From: Gemmatimonadales bacterium
Lineage (GTDB): Bacteria > Gemmatimonadota > Gemmatimonadetes > Gemmatimonadales > GWC2-71-9
DNA length: 64,000 nucleotides
Assembly (NCBI GenBank): GCA_037189525.1
Contig: JBBCJC010000002.1
Coordinates: 1,248,001 to 1,312,000 of the forward strand
Reading direction: 5' to 3'
Position 1 is the first letter of the stretch, and the number at the start of each line of letters is the position of its first letter. The translations under genes were made by a program, and so were the position numbers. This document shows, piece after piece, positions 27,016 through 35,700 of this stretch. The notes beneath the pieces were generated by a model. It was not told the origin of the DNA. It searched no databases and saw only the letters and a program-made list of their open reading frames with translations.

Positions 27016-28470
27016 TCAGGCAGAGGTTGAGAACAGGTCGTGCACCGTCCAGGGAATCACGCGCTGTTCGAGGTTTCGCGCCACCTCGTGGAACGACTTC
27101 TTGAAAGGCGCCGCCGATACGAACAGGAGGAGCGCGTCCTTGGCCAGGGCGTCGCGGGCCCAGGTACGTCCACTATCCGCGAGTCGTCGGAGCGCGTCCA
27201 GATGCTCGAGCAGGACGGTGGCATCGGTCGAACGTCGCTGAAATTTGACCGAGCCGGTCATGACGCGGTCGTTCAGCAGCCGGGCGACGAGATCGATCTC
27301 GGTGTCCCGCCGATTACGATCCTGGCCTTCCCATCGGCCCCAGGCTTCTACGGCGGGGAGGTCCCTGGCTGCGCGATGGCGCCGATAGGCCTGCCGGACG
27401 ACGTCCTCGAACACCTCTTTGCCCACATAGGCCGGAAAGACCTGCTCCGCGAGGCGTTCCCGCCAGACGGTTTCGGCGCCGGCGCTCGCGATGGCGGACT
27501 CGTTAGGCAGGACGAGGCCGACGTGAAAGCGCAGCGCGGGATCGGCGATACGATAGCGCACGGTCTGATTTTGGGGTTCCTCGAAGTTGCGTTCCATCTC
27601 GAGGAAGCCCAGCTCGACCAACTGCGCCACCATCCGCCGCAAGCCGGTGTCGACCGCTTGACCGAGGGTCGCGGCCACCTGGCCGATGCTGCGCCGCTTG
27701 AGGCCGACGGCCGCGAGGATACCCTGATACTGGACGTGATCGCGCAGTCCCTCTTCCTGGCGCAGCACCGTTTCCAGCTGCAAACGAACTTCGCCGTGCT
27801 GGTCGAGCAGCAGGCGCACGATGTTCTCGGCCAGCGGTCGCCGATCGTCGACGGCTCGCAGGTATTTCGGCACACCGCCGAACGCAGCGTAAGTGCGAAT
27901 CTGATCGGCCGGGGTGTAGCCAGGCACCATCCGGCCCGCATCCCAATAGTCGAAGGGGTGGAGTTGCCGGGTCCAGTCGAGCCGTCCATAGAGGGGCGCA
28001 CCGCCGTCGGCCAATGCCTCCAGAGTCCGGACGGCAGATCCCGAAAGGACCAGCAGCACGCCTCCTTGCCGGTTCAGTCGGCCTTCCCAGGCGGCGTTGA
28101 GTTCGGAGGTCACCTCGACGAGGCCAGCCGCGTCGGTTGCCAGGTACTGCAGTTCGTCGATGATGGCGACGAGGTTGCGGTCGGGCGCGAGTTCCAGGAG
28201 TGTCCGGAAGACGGTTCGCCAGGTCGGGTGGTCGTCCGGGCGGAGATCCACGCCCGCCCATCGGCCGGCTTCCTCGATCAAGACCCGCCGATTGATTTCG
28301 GGTGATGTAGCCGACGCCGTGAAGTAAAAGGCCCGATCCGGCGGCCATGCGCTGGTGAGCAGAAAGGTTTTGCCCACTCGGCGGCGGCCGTACAGCAGGG
28401 CCAGTTTCCGGTGACCGGAATCCGCCAGTGCACGGAGCTCGGCTATTTCGGTTTCTCGGTCGATCAGCAT
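27016..28470 (-). CDS. ATPase_2/DUF234-type AAA ATPase with wHTH and a C-terminal restriction-fold-like domain
   Basis: IDRETE, YGRRRVGKT, IIDELQY, LSGS, PLYGR, GGVPKYL, YRIADP..RF, EIDLV. Confidence 0.85.
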   Translation of the reverse strand: MLIDRETEIAELRALADSGHRKLALLYGRRRVGKTFLLTSAWPPDRAFYFTASATSPEINRRVLIEEAGRWAGVDLRPDDHPTWRTVFRTLLELAPDRNLVAIIDELQYLATDAAGLVEVTSELNAAWEGRLNRQGGVLLVLSGSAVRTLEALADGGAPLYGRLDWTRQLHPFDYWDAGRMVPGYTPADQIRTYAAFGGVPKYLRAVDDRRPLAENIVRLLLDQHGEVRLQLETVLRQEEGLRDHVQYQGILAAVGLKRRSIGQVAATLGQAVDTGLRRMVAQLVELGFLEMERNFEEPQNQTVRYRIADPALRFHVGLVLPNESAIASAGAETVWRERLAEQVFPAYVGKEVFEDVVRQAYRRHRAARDLPAVEAWGRWEGQDRNRRDTEIDLVARLLNDRVMTGSVKFQRRSTDATVLLEHLDALRRLADSGRTWARDALAKDALLLFVSAAPFKKSFHEVARNLEQRVIPWTVHDLFSTSA

Positions 28471-28485
28471 ATCTCATCCATTGTT

Positions 28486-28549
28486 TACACATATATTTGT
28501 ATACTAACATATGTGTAGGCTATTATATTTGTATATAAACGTATGTGTA
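28486..28549. repeat. AT-rich direct and inverted repeat array upstream of the ATPase
   Basis: 26-bp direct repeats at 28492-28517 and 28524-28549 (23/26 identical); dyad TACACATAT-N14-ATATGTGTA at 28486-28517. Confidence 0.8.
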
Positions 28550-28632
28550 TGTAATGTCTTTGGCAAGGAACCAGCGCAGCCCTACGGGGCACGGCTATAC
28601 GGCTTTCCCTCGTCTGGCGGGTTGGTGTAGGG

Positions 28633-30252
28633 TTATGGCTGGGGTGCGAGTCTGGCCTGAGCGCGGGCTGCGGAGGCCTTGAACTCGGCTTGGTCGAGTG
28701 ACAGTCCTTGCTCGGCGATAGTGAGCGCTTCTCGGTACTGTCCGGTCGTCATCAGGCACTCGAACAGACGGCTTCTCATCGTAGTCTCTTGCGGATGCCG
28801 GTCGAGGCCGCGACGGAGGATCTCTTCCGCCCTCCGGCAATCGCCCGCGGCCCGGTGGAGCTGGCCCCATTCTTCGAACAGCCGGGGACTGCCCTCGTAC
28901 AGGGCGGCCGCGCGGGCATACATGCTGTCGGCTCGCGCCGGTTCTCCGCGCCGGCTGAGTTCGATCGCATACATCTGAAACCCTCGATAGCTTCGCGGGC
29001 CGTCGATGACCGTCTGTGCAAACGTCGTCGGGCTATCGCGCCAGACGGCCTGGCGGGAATGGCTTCGGGCCGCACCCAATCCGACCAGGAGGCAGGCCAG
29101 CCCGGCCAGTAGCGGCGTCGACCGCGGCAGACGAGTCGCCAGCCAGGTTGCTCCACCGGCCCCGGCCAGGACCGCGCCCACGCTGGGCAGAAACAGCGTG
29201 CGCTCGGCGATGATGATGCCGCTCGGGAAGAGCAGGTTCGAGACGGGCAGGAGGGTGATTCCGATCCAGGTCAGGCCGAGTGTGACGACCGGGGTCGCAT
29301 GGCGGGACCGCATGGCCAGGACGACGACGGCAACGAGCAGTACGCCGCCGAACAGGACTGGAACGATCGATTCGGGTATCGTCCCGTAGGCGGGCGGGCT
29401 GTACTGCGCCTCGAGATGCCGGGGCCAGATCAGCAGCCGGAGCCACTCCGGAACGATCGGCGTCATGACCCGAATGCGCTCGCCGAAGCTCAGGGTGTCG
29501 AGCCCCGCGGCGGCCGAGCCGGCGCCCAGTTTGCCGAGCACTGCGTAGCGACCGAGCAGGAGTGCGACGGCTGCGGCGAGCGTCATCGCCACGGTCGGGC
29601 CTGCGGCGCGAAGACGCGATGCGAAGGTAGCGGTTCGGCCGTCCGTCAGCTCGAGGAGCAGGATCAGGCCGGGCAGCACGAACCCCTGTTCTTTCGCGGT
29701 GGCGGCCAGGATGGTTAGCCCCGCCAAGGCCAGTCGTTGCGAGGTCGTCGGGAGGCTGCCTGACGCGCGAATCCGCAGGTAAGCGAGGCACGCCAGCAGG
29801 GCGAACAGGGTCATCCAGAGTTCGCCCTGCCCGACCAGATTGCCGGTGGCTTCCACATGAACCGGATGGACCGCAAAGAGCGCGGCCGCCATCAGAGCCG
29901 CCGGCCGAGGCAGCCGGTACGCGGCGAGGCGATAGACCGCGACAGTCACCACCACGGTGAGCAGGATGCTCACCAGGTGGAAGACCCAGGGCGCCCCACC
30001 CGCAGCCTGCCATTGCAGAGCGAACATCCAGATCGTCCACGGCCGATAGGCATCTCCGAGGTTCTGGGGAGGCCAATAGCTTTGCTGCGCATACTTCCAG
30101 GGCGCAGCCAGGGTGTGAACCTGGGTGTTTTCGAGGATGATCGGAACGTCGTCGAACGCGAAGCCGTTGAAGAGCGACCGGGCCGTTGCGAACAGAACAA
30201 GGCCGGCGAGGATGAGATAGATCCTGGGTTGCGACCAGGCGCTATCCGCCAT
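28633..30252 (-). CDS. TMTC-like GT-C membrane glycosyltransferase with C-terminal TPRs
   Basis: NGFAFDD..I.EN, YRP, FHLV, LFAVHPVHVEA, KEQG, AERTLFLPS, R..VWRD, then TPR-like helices. Confidence 0.8.
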   Translation of the reverse strand: MADSAWSQPRIYLILAGLVLFATARSLFNGFAFDDVPIILENTQVHTLAAPWKYAQQSYWPPQNLGDAYRPWTIWMFALQWQAAGGAPWVFHLVSILLTVVVTVAVYRLAAYRLPRPAALMAAALFAVHPVHVEATGNLVGQGELWMTLFALLACLAYLRIRASGSLPTTSQRLALAGLTILAATAKEQGFVLPGLILLLELTDGRTATFASRLRAAGPTVAMTLAAAVALLLGRYAVLGKLGAGSAAAGLDTLSFGERIRVMTPIVPEWLRLLIWPRHLEAQYSPPAYGTIPESIVPVLFGGVLLVAVVVLAMRSRHATPVVTLGLTWIGITLLPVSNLLFPSGIIIAERTLFLPSVGAVLAGAGGATWLATRLPRSTPLLAGLACLLVGLGAARSHSRQAVWRDSPTTFAQTVIDGPRSYRGFQMYAIELSRRGEPARADSMYARAAALYEGSPRLFEEWGQLHRAAGDCRRAEEILRRGLDRHPQETTMRSRLFECLMTTGQYREALTIAEQGLSLDQAEFKASAARAQARLAPQP

Positions 30253-31933
30253 TGGATCGACGGTCCATCGGGACCGTGAGCCGAACGGTTCCGGCAGGCG
30301 GCTTTGCGACGACGACGCTGTCCGCTATGCGGAGGAAGTGCCGGAAGGCGCGCGCCTGCGAGGCGCTGAGTGAGTAGGCCGCTCCTTCCCGCGCTTCGTC
30401 TCGCGCCTCCTGGTACCGGCCCAGATACAGCAGGCAGGCGATGAGGCTGGCGCGCCCGACGTCATGCTCCGGCTGGATCACGAGCGCTCGGCTATAGAGC
30501 GTCGCCGCTTCCTCACATTGGCCGGCAATCCGGAGTTTGTCGGCAAACTCGAATGACGCGCCCCATTGTTTCGGATAGAGTGCGACCGTGAGGCGGTACT
30601 CCTGCTCGGCCCACTCGTGTGCTCCGGCGTTGACCAGCAGCTGGGCCAGCGCATGATGGGCCCGGAACGACAGCGGAGCATCGATGGCCGTCTGATACCA
30701 CAGATTGAAGTGATTCTTCCAGACCAGATGTCGGCTAAGGCTCCGCGTCGTGCCCATCACGAGGACTGCACCCACGGCGATCAGGCTCGCAACCTGGATC
30801 GGCCTTTTTGCCCGGCGAAGCCACTCGATGGCCGGCGCTGCCAGGCCGCCAACCACGAGCATCATCCCGATGCTCGGGAGGAACAACGTGCGCTCGGCCA
30901 GCACGATGCCGGTGGGGACGAGCACGTTGCTCACCGGGAAGATGCCGATCGCCGTCCACATCAGGCCGAACGTCACAACCGGGAATCGCTTCCAGCAGAT
31001 CACGGCCAGCCCGAGCGCGAGGACGAGCAGCAGAGCGCCCTGGGTGTGCTCGGCGTCCCAGCTCAGGGCGGCCTCGATTTCCCGGGGTGAATAGTCGGCC
31101 TGGAGGTGGGCCGGCCACAGCAGCAGCCGGAACCAGTGGGGCACCACCGTGACCATCGTCATGGCCCGGCCACCCATCGTCAGGCCCTCGAGCGCCTCGG
31201 CAGTAAAAGTGCCGACCAAGTCGCCGCCCAGGGCGAAGGTCCGGATCGCAAAGAACATCGTGGCGCCGAGCAGCATCACCAGCACCAGGGGGCGGATCTC
31301 GCCCAGGCGGGCACGCAGCGGCCGGGGGTCGCGCACCAGGGTAAGCTCGGCGGCGACGATCAATCCGATGATGACGAGTCCGCTCTCTTTGAACAGCGTC
31401 GCCGCCAGATAGAGACTGAAGAGTGCCAGTCCGTCGACGAACCTGAGGCGGTGTTCCTGGCGGAGCCGGAGATAGAGAAGGATGGTCAGCGCTGCGAACC
31501 ATCCTACCACGAGCTCGGATTGGTTGACTGCGACAGCCACAGCCTCGACATGGACGGGGTGCACCATGAAAAAGGCCGCGACGAGCCAGGCGGCTCCGAA
31601 AGGCAATATGGTCTTTGCCAGGGCGAATACGGCCAGTCCTGCGGCGGCATACAGAAGGGTACTGACCACCCGGAACACCACCGGGCTGCCGTCGCCCAAC
31701 GCCCACTGCACCGCGAACCCGGTGGTGGCGAGCGGCCGATAGAGGGCCGGGGCAAACGGCTTCGGCCAATAGGATTCGGTAAAGAACGACGCGGGGTTCG
31801 CCAGCGTGTGAACCACGGGGTTTTCCCGGATGACCGCGATGTCGTCCTGGGCAAACTGGTTACCCATACCCGACAGGGTCGAAGCAAGGCACAGTCCGAT
31901 GAGGCCGATGACGGCCGTCGTATTCCGCGTCAT
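30242..31933 (-). CDS. TMTC-like GT-C membrane glycosyltransferase with C-terminal TPRs (paralogue)
   Basis: NQFAQDD..I.EN, YRPL, VHPVHVEAV, KESG, LQADYSP, AERTLFLPS, VWKN; start uncertain. Confidence 0.8.
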   Translation of the reverse strand: MTRNTTAVIGLIGLCLASTLSGMGNQFAQDDIAVIRENPVVHTLANPASFFTESYWPKPFAPALYRPLATTGFAVQWALGDGSPVVFRVVSTLLYAAAGLAVFALAKTILPFGAAWLVAAFFMVHPVHVEAVAVAVNQSELVVGWFAALTILLYLRLRQEHRLRFVDGLALFSLYLAATLFKESGLVIIGLIVAAELTLVRDPRPLRARLGEIRPLVLVMLLGATMFFAIRTFALGGDLVGTFTAEALEGLTMGGRAMTMVTVVPHWFRLLLWPAHLQADYSPREIEAALSWDAEHTQGALLLVLALGLAVICWKRFPVVTFGLMWTAIGIFPVSNVLVPTGIVLAERTLFLPSIGMMLVVGGLAAPAIEWLRRAKRPIQVASLIAVGAVLVMGTTRSLSRHLVWKNHFNLWYQTAIDAPLSFRAHHALAQLLVNAGAHEWAEQEYRLTVALYPKQWGASFEFADKLRIAGQCEEAATLYSRALVIQPEHDVGRASLIACLLYLGRYQEARDEAREGAAYSLSASQARAFRHFLRIADSVVVAKPPAGTVRLTVPMDRRSNGG

Positions 31934-32067
31934 AAGGAGAGCCAGTGATGCAAGAACCGGGGAATTGAGGGTTGGAGCCCGAAGCAGGGGGTCGGAGCTG
32001 GCCTTCGGTTGCAAAGTCCAATGGGAATCCGGTGACGAAACCCTGCAGTGAGTCGTGCAACGATATT

Positions 32068-32094
32068 GTAATGCGTTGGGAAACAACTGGTTAC
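32068..32094. promoter_or_regulatory. IHF-like site
   Basis: GTAATGCGTTGGGAAACAACTGGTTAC dyad containing AAACAA-N4-TTA (one mismatch to WATCAA-N4-TTR), just upstream of the sigma54 promoter. Confidence 0.45.
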
Positions 32095-32110
32095 GTTCGT
32101 TCTGATACCC

Positions 32111-32126
32111 TGGCACCAACGTTGCT
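32111..32126 (+). promoter_or_regulatory. sigma54 -24/-12 promoter of the pilin gene
   Basis: TGGCAC-CAACG-TTGCT, an exact match to TGGCAC-N5-TTGCW. Confidence 0.85.
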
Positions 32127-32197
32127 CTTTAGTTTGCCGGGACGAGCGACACCGCTTGGTTCAGGTAACCCCAAACTGTACCCCACTCGGAGGAAGT

Positions 32198-32581
32198 ATG
32201 TTCAATCGCAAGGGTTTCACGCTCATCGAGCTGCTGATCGTGGTTGTGATCATCGGCATCTTGGCCGCCATCGCAATTCCGAAGTTCGCGGCGACCAAAG
32301 ACAAGGCTAAGCTCGCCTCGGTTCGGACCGACCTCCGGAACGTCATGACGGCTCAGGAGGCGTACTTCTCGGATCACGCCACCTACGGCACGTTGGCCCA
32401 GCTGCAGGCCGCGAGCAACTTCACGCTCTCGTCCGGCAACACCGGCGGCGTCACGGGTGCGAGCAACGGCTACACCGCCACGTTCAACAACGCGACCATC
32501 AGCACTGGTATCGACGAGTGCACCGTGCAGGTCGGGGCCGGCGCGGCCAGCACGCTCGACGGCGTGATCGTCTGTTCGTAA
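32198..32581 (+). CDS. pilA: Type IV major pilin
   Basis: RKG|FTLIELLIVVVIIGILAAIAIPKF; GGAGG RBS; two C-terminal Cys. Confidence 0.92.
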   Translation: MFNRKGFTLIELLIVVVIIGILAAIAIPKFAATKDKAKLASVRTDLRNVMTAQEAYFSDHATYGTLAQLQAASNFTLSSGNTGGVTGASNGYTATFNNATISTGIDECTVQVGAGAASTLDGVIVCS

Positions 32582-32593
32582 GGCAGGTATGAC

Positions 32594-32633
32594 GAATCGG
32601 GCGTCCGCCGCACAATGTGGGGGGCGCCCGTTC
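32594..32633 (+). terminator. Hairpin between the pilin genes
   Basis: GAATCGGGCGTCCGCCGCACA-A-TGTGGGGGGCGCCCGTTC imperfect stem; weak U-tract. Confidence 0.55.
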
Positions 32634-32677
32634 TTCACCCACTGGTCACCATCGTCCAACAAGAAAGGAGGCAGGGT

Positions 32678-33064
32678 ATGCTGAGAACCAAACGATCCGG
32701 CTTTACTCTGATCGAACTCCTGATCGTCGTGGTGATCATCGGGATCCTGGCCGGGATTGCCATCCCGAAGTTTGCGGCGACGAAGGACAAATCCAGGCTG
32801 GCGTCGATCCGTTCCGATCTCCGGAACATCATGACGGCGCAGGAAGCCTACTGGGCGTCTCACTCGACCTTTGCGTCGCTCGGCGACTTGCAGGCGTCCA
32901 CCAACTACACGTTCTCGCAGGGAAACGTGGCGACGATTTCCGCCACGGTCTCTGGCTACACCGCGACGATTTCCAATAGCGCGATCACGTCGACGCTCGA
33001 CGAATGCTCCGTCCATGTCGGCGGCGGCGCGGGCACACTCGACAGTCAGATCGTCTGCTCCTAA
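32678..33064 (+). CDS. Second type IV pilin (tandem paralogue)
   Basis: RSG|FTLIELLIVVVIIGILAGIAIPKF; AAGGAGG RBS; colinear with the first pilin. Confidence 0.92.
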   Translation: MLRTKRSGFTLIELLIVVVIIGILAGIAIPKFAATKDKSRLASIRSDLRNIMTAQEAYWASHSTFASLGDLQASTNYTFSQGNVATISATVSGYTATISNSAITSTLDECSVHVGGGAGTLDSQIVCS

Positions 33065-33091
33065 GCACGCGTCGCGCGATCAAGGACTGCC

Positions 33092-34420
33092 ATGCGGGTA
33101 CTGCTGCTCGACGCCGACGAATCACTCAAGCACACCGTTGCTCCGTATCTCGAAGACGTCGGATATGAAGTCGCGTTTCGGCGGGATCCGGACGCCGCCC
33201 TCCTGGAAGCCCAGGCCTGCGGCATTCGGCTGATCCTCTGCGATCTGGCCCTTCCCGGCGATGGCGGCCTGACCTTTCTGCGGCGCTATCGGGCCGGCGG
33301 CGGCACCGGCGTCGTGCTGGTCTCGGGCGGGCCCGGCGAATCGGCCCTGGCAAGCGCGGCCCTGCGGGAAGGCGCGGATGGCTTCCTGCGCAAACCGTCG
33401 CTCCCCGAAGAGGTGCTCCTCGCGCTCCGGCAGACCGAAGAGCGCGACCGGCTCCGACACGAAGTGGCCACCCTGCGCGCCACGATCGGCTCCAAGGGCC
33501 TCGAGCCCATGGTCATCGCCGAGGACGCGCGGATGCGGTCGATTCTGGAGGTCGCTGCGCGGGCCGCGGCGTCGGATCAGGCCGTCCTGATTACGGGCGA
33601 GCGGGGCACCGGCAAAGCGCTGCTGGCGCGGGCGATGCACCGGTTCAGCCGTCGCGGAGACGGTGCCTTCGTCGCCATCGATTGTCCGTCTACGCCCGAT
33701 TTCTTCGGGACCGATGACGCCGGCCTCAACCCCGCCGATCCGCAGAGCGTCTGGCGCTCGGCGAGTCGCGGGACCTTGTTGCTCGAAGAAGTGGAAGGTC
33801 TGTCGCCCGAGAGTCAGCGATCCCTGGTGAGTCGGCTGGGCATCCGGAACGGCCGTAACGGACGCCCCACCGAGCTGGTGGTCGCGTCCGAGAGCGATGT
33901 TCGTCTGATGGCTACGGCCGAGAAGCGGCTCGATCGTCTGGTGCACGAAGGGCTGATCCAGGTCGACCTGGCCGAGCGGATCGGCACCACCACGCTGGAC
34001 ATTCCGGCGCTGCGCGAGCGTCGCGACGACATCCCCGCGCTGGTGACTCACTTCCTGCAGCAGGTTGCGGCCAAGACCGGTCGCCCGATCAGCATCACGC
34101 CCCAGGCCATGGCGGCCCTGGTGTCGTACTCGTGGCCCGGCAATGTCCGGGAGCTCAGGCAGGTGGTCGAACGCGCCGCCGTACTGAGCAGCACGGGCAA
34201 GCTCGATCGGTCGGATTTCCCCGTGCTCGTGAGTACCGGCTCCTCAACCCGCACCGGCGGCACCGAACTGCCCCTCAAGGAGCAGGTCGAAGCGTTCGAA
34301 CGCGAGGTCATTCTCCGGGCCCTGGCCGCTTGTGGCGGGACTCGGCGGGAGGCCGCCAAGATGCTCCAGCTCAGCTTGCGGACCCTGTTCTACAAGCTCA
34401 ATCGGTACGGGCTCGCCTGA
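33092..34420 (+). CDS. NtrC/PilR-like response regulator (REC-AAA-HTH), degenerate
   Basis: REC (LILCDLALP), GERGTGK, PALRERRDDIP, YSWPGNVRELR, Fis HTH; no GAFTGA. Confidence 0.88.
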   Translation: MRVLLLDADESLKHTVAPYLEDVGYEVAFRRDPDAALLEAQACGIRLILCDLALPGDGGLTFLRRYRAGGGTGVVLVSGGPGESALASAALREGADGFLRKPSLPEEVLLALRQTEERDRLRHEVATLRATIGSKGLEPMVIAEDARMRSILEVAARAAASDQAVLITGERGTGKALLARAMHRFSRRGDGAFVAIDCPSTPDFFGTDDAGLNPADPQSVWRSASRGTLLLEEVEGLSPESQRSLVSRLGIRNGRNGRPTELVVASESDVRLMATAEKRLDRLVHEGLIQVDLAERIGTTTLDIPALRERRDDIPALVTHFLQQVAAKTGRPISITPQAMAALVSYSWPGNVRELRQVVERAAVLSSTGKLDRSDFPVLVSTGSSTRTGGTELPLKEQVEAFEREVILRALAACGGTRREAAKMLQLSLRTLFYKLNRYGLA

Positions 34421-34504
34421 GCCTTTCGCTGGTTCGCGTCGATTTCATCCTGATTGCGTCAAAACGGTTAGTGGCCTGACTGGGTCGCGCCGCATCTTGG
34501 CACC

Positions 34505-34873
34505 ATGTCCAAGACGCGCGCAGGGTTCAGCCTCCTCGAAGTGATGACCGCGGTCGCGATGCTCGCCATCGCATCGATCGTGGCGCTCAAAGCATCGGTC
34601 CAAACCGGCCATGCCGTCGCGATCGGCCGGCGCTGGACCGCCATGGCGCGAGCCGTCGACGCCGAGGTGGTTCGGCTGGAGCGCGCCTACCGGATGGCGC
34701 GGCCGAACTGTGTCACGCCTCCCTCCGGTTCCGATTACACGCCCGATGGTGTCGGCCTCGCCTGGTCGGTACGGGGTGACTCGGCGCTGATCGAACTGAC
34801 CATCGAAGCGCGCGCTCGAGCAGCGGGGCGGGTTCTCATCGATACCGCACGTACGACCCTGAGTTGCCGATGA
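34505..34873 (+). CDS. Minor pilin (PilV-like)
   Basis: RAG|FSLLEVMTAVAML class III signal. Confidence 0.75.
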   Translation: MSKTRAGFSLLEVMTAVAMLAIASIVALKASVQTGHAVAIGRRWTAMARAVDAEVVRLERAYRMARPNCVTPPSGSDYTPDGVGLAWSVRGDSALIELTIEARARAAGRVLIDTARTTLSCR

Positions 34874-35700
34874 CCATGAGACGCGGCGTGACGCTGATCG
34901 AGCTCCTCGTGGCGGTGGTCGTCGCGATGGTGCTGCTGACCATGGCAATTCGGGTGCAGGCGACCGTCGAGCGGACCGGGCGGAGCCGGCTGGAACGTCT
35001 CGGAGCCACCGCCTCACTGCGTGCGGCGGCGAAACTGGTCCGTTGGGAGTGGGCCGGTTTCGGATTCGACTCGATGGCCGGCGCTGACTTTGCCGTGACC
35101 GGGGCAGGGCGGGTCAGCTATCGCGGTCAATCCGGTTTGCTGGCCGTCTGTCACGTGAGTGGAGATACGCTGTTCGTCGACCCTGCGCGTCTCGCGGCCT
35201 GGCGGCACCGCCTTCCCATTGCCGGCCGCGACAGTCTCCTCGTGTACCTCCCGGGCGATTCGGCGATCGGAATCGATGCCTGGCTACCGGCGTCGGTGGT
35301 CTCCGGCCCCGACCCTGGTGTCTGCCCGGGAGGCATTGCGGGTATCCGTTATCGGGTTGCCTGGACGGCGTATGCCGGTCCCGTTGCGGAGCAAACGGTC
35401 GCCCGAAGCTACGAGCCGCTCGAGTTGCGCGCCTACAACTCGGCCGGGTCCTGGCAGCTCGGCCAGGTCGGATTGGCGTCGGGAGGTGTGGTGCAGCCGG
35501 CGCTCGGACCGCTGGCGGCCGGCGGATTCGAGATCCTCCCGGTTAACGGAGCCGGCGTCGTCACCGGTGCAACCGGGGCTACGGGGCTCGAAATTCGGCT
35601 CAGGATGCTCACCGGTCGAGAGACCGCCGTCGGTCCCGGTCGGGTGCCTCGCATGGAGGACAGTCTCGGTTTTCGGATGCGGTTGGAGAACGTTCCATGA
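34870..35700 (+). CDS. Minor pilin (PilW-like)
   Basis: RRG|VTLIELLVAVVV; ATGA overlap with the upstream gene; ends MRLEN. Confidence 0.75.
   Translation: MTMRRGVTLIELLVAVVVAMVLLTMAIRVQATVERTGRSRLERLGATASLRAAAKLVRWEWAGFGFDSMAGADFAVTGAGRVSYRGQSGLLAVCHVSGDTLFVDPARLAAWRHRLPIAGRDSLLVYLPGDSAIGIDAWLPASVVSGPDPGVCPGGIAGIRYRVAWTAYAGPVAEQTVARSYEPLELRAYNSAGSWQLGQVGLASGGVVQPALGPLAAGGFEILPVNGAGVVTGATGATGLEIRLRMLTGRETAVGPGRVPRMEDSLGFRMRLENVP

Noticed and set aside
28486..28549. AT-rich repeats as a CRISPR array or replication origin
   Set aside because: Only two copies with a 6-bp gap; no cas or rep genes and no clear DnaA-box cluster.
34472..34488. sigma54 promoter before the minor pilins (TGGCCTGACTGGGTCGC)
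   Set aside because: The GG-to-GC spacing is not 10 bp.
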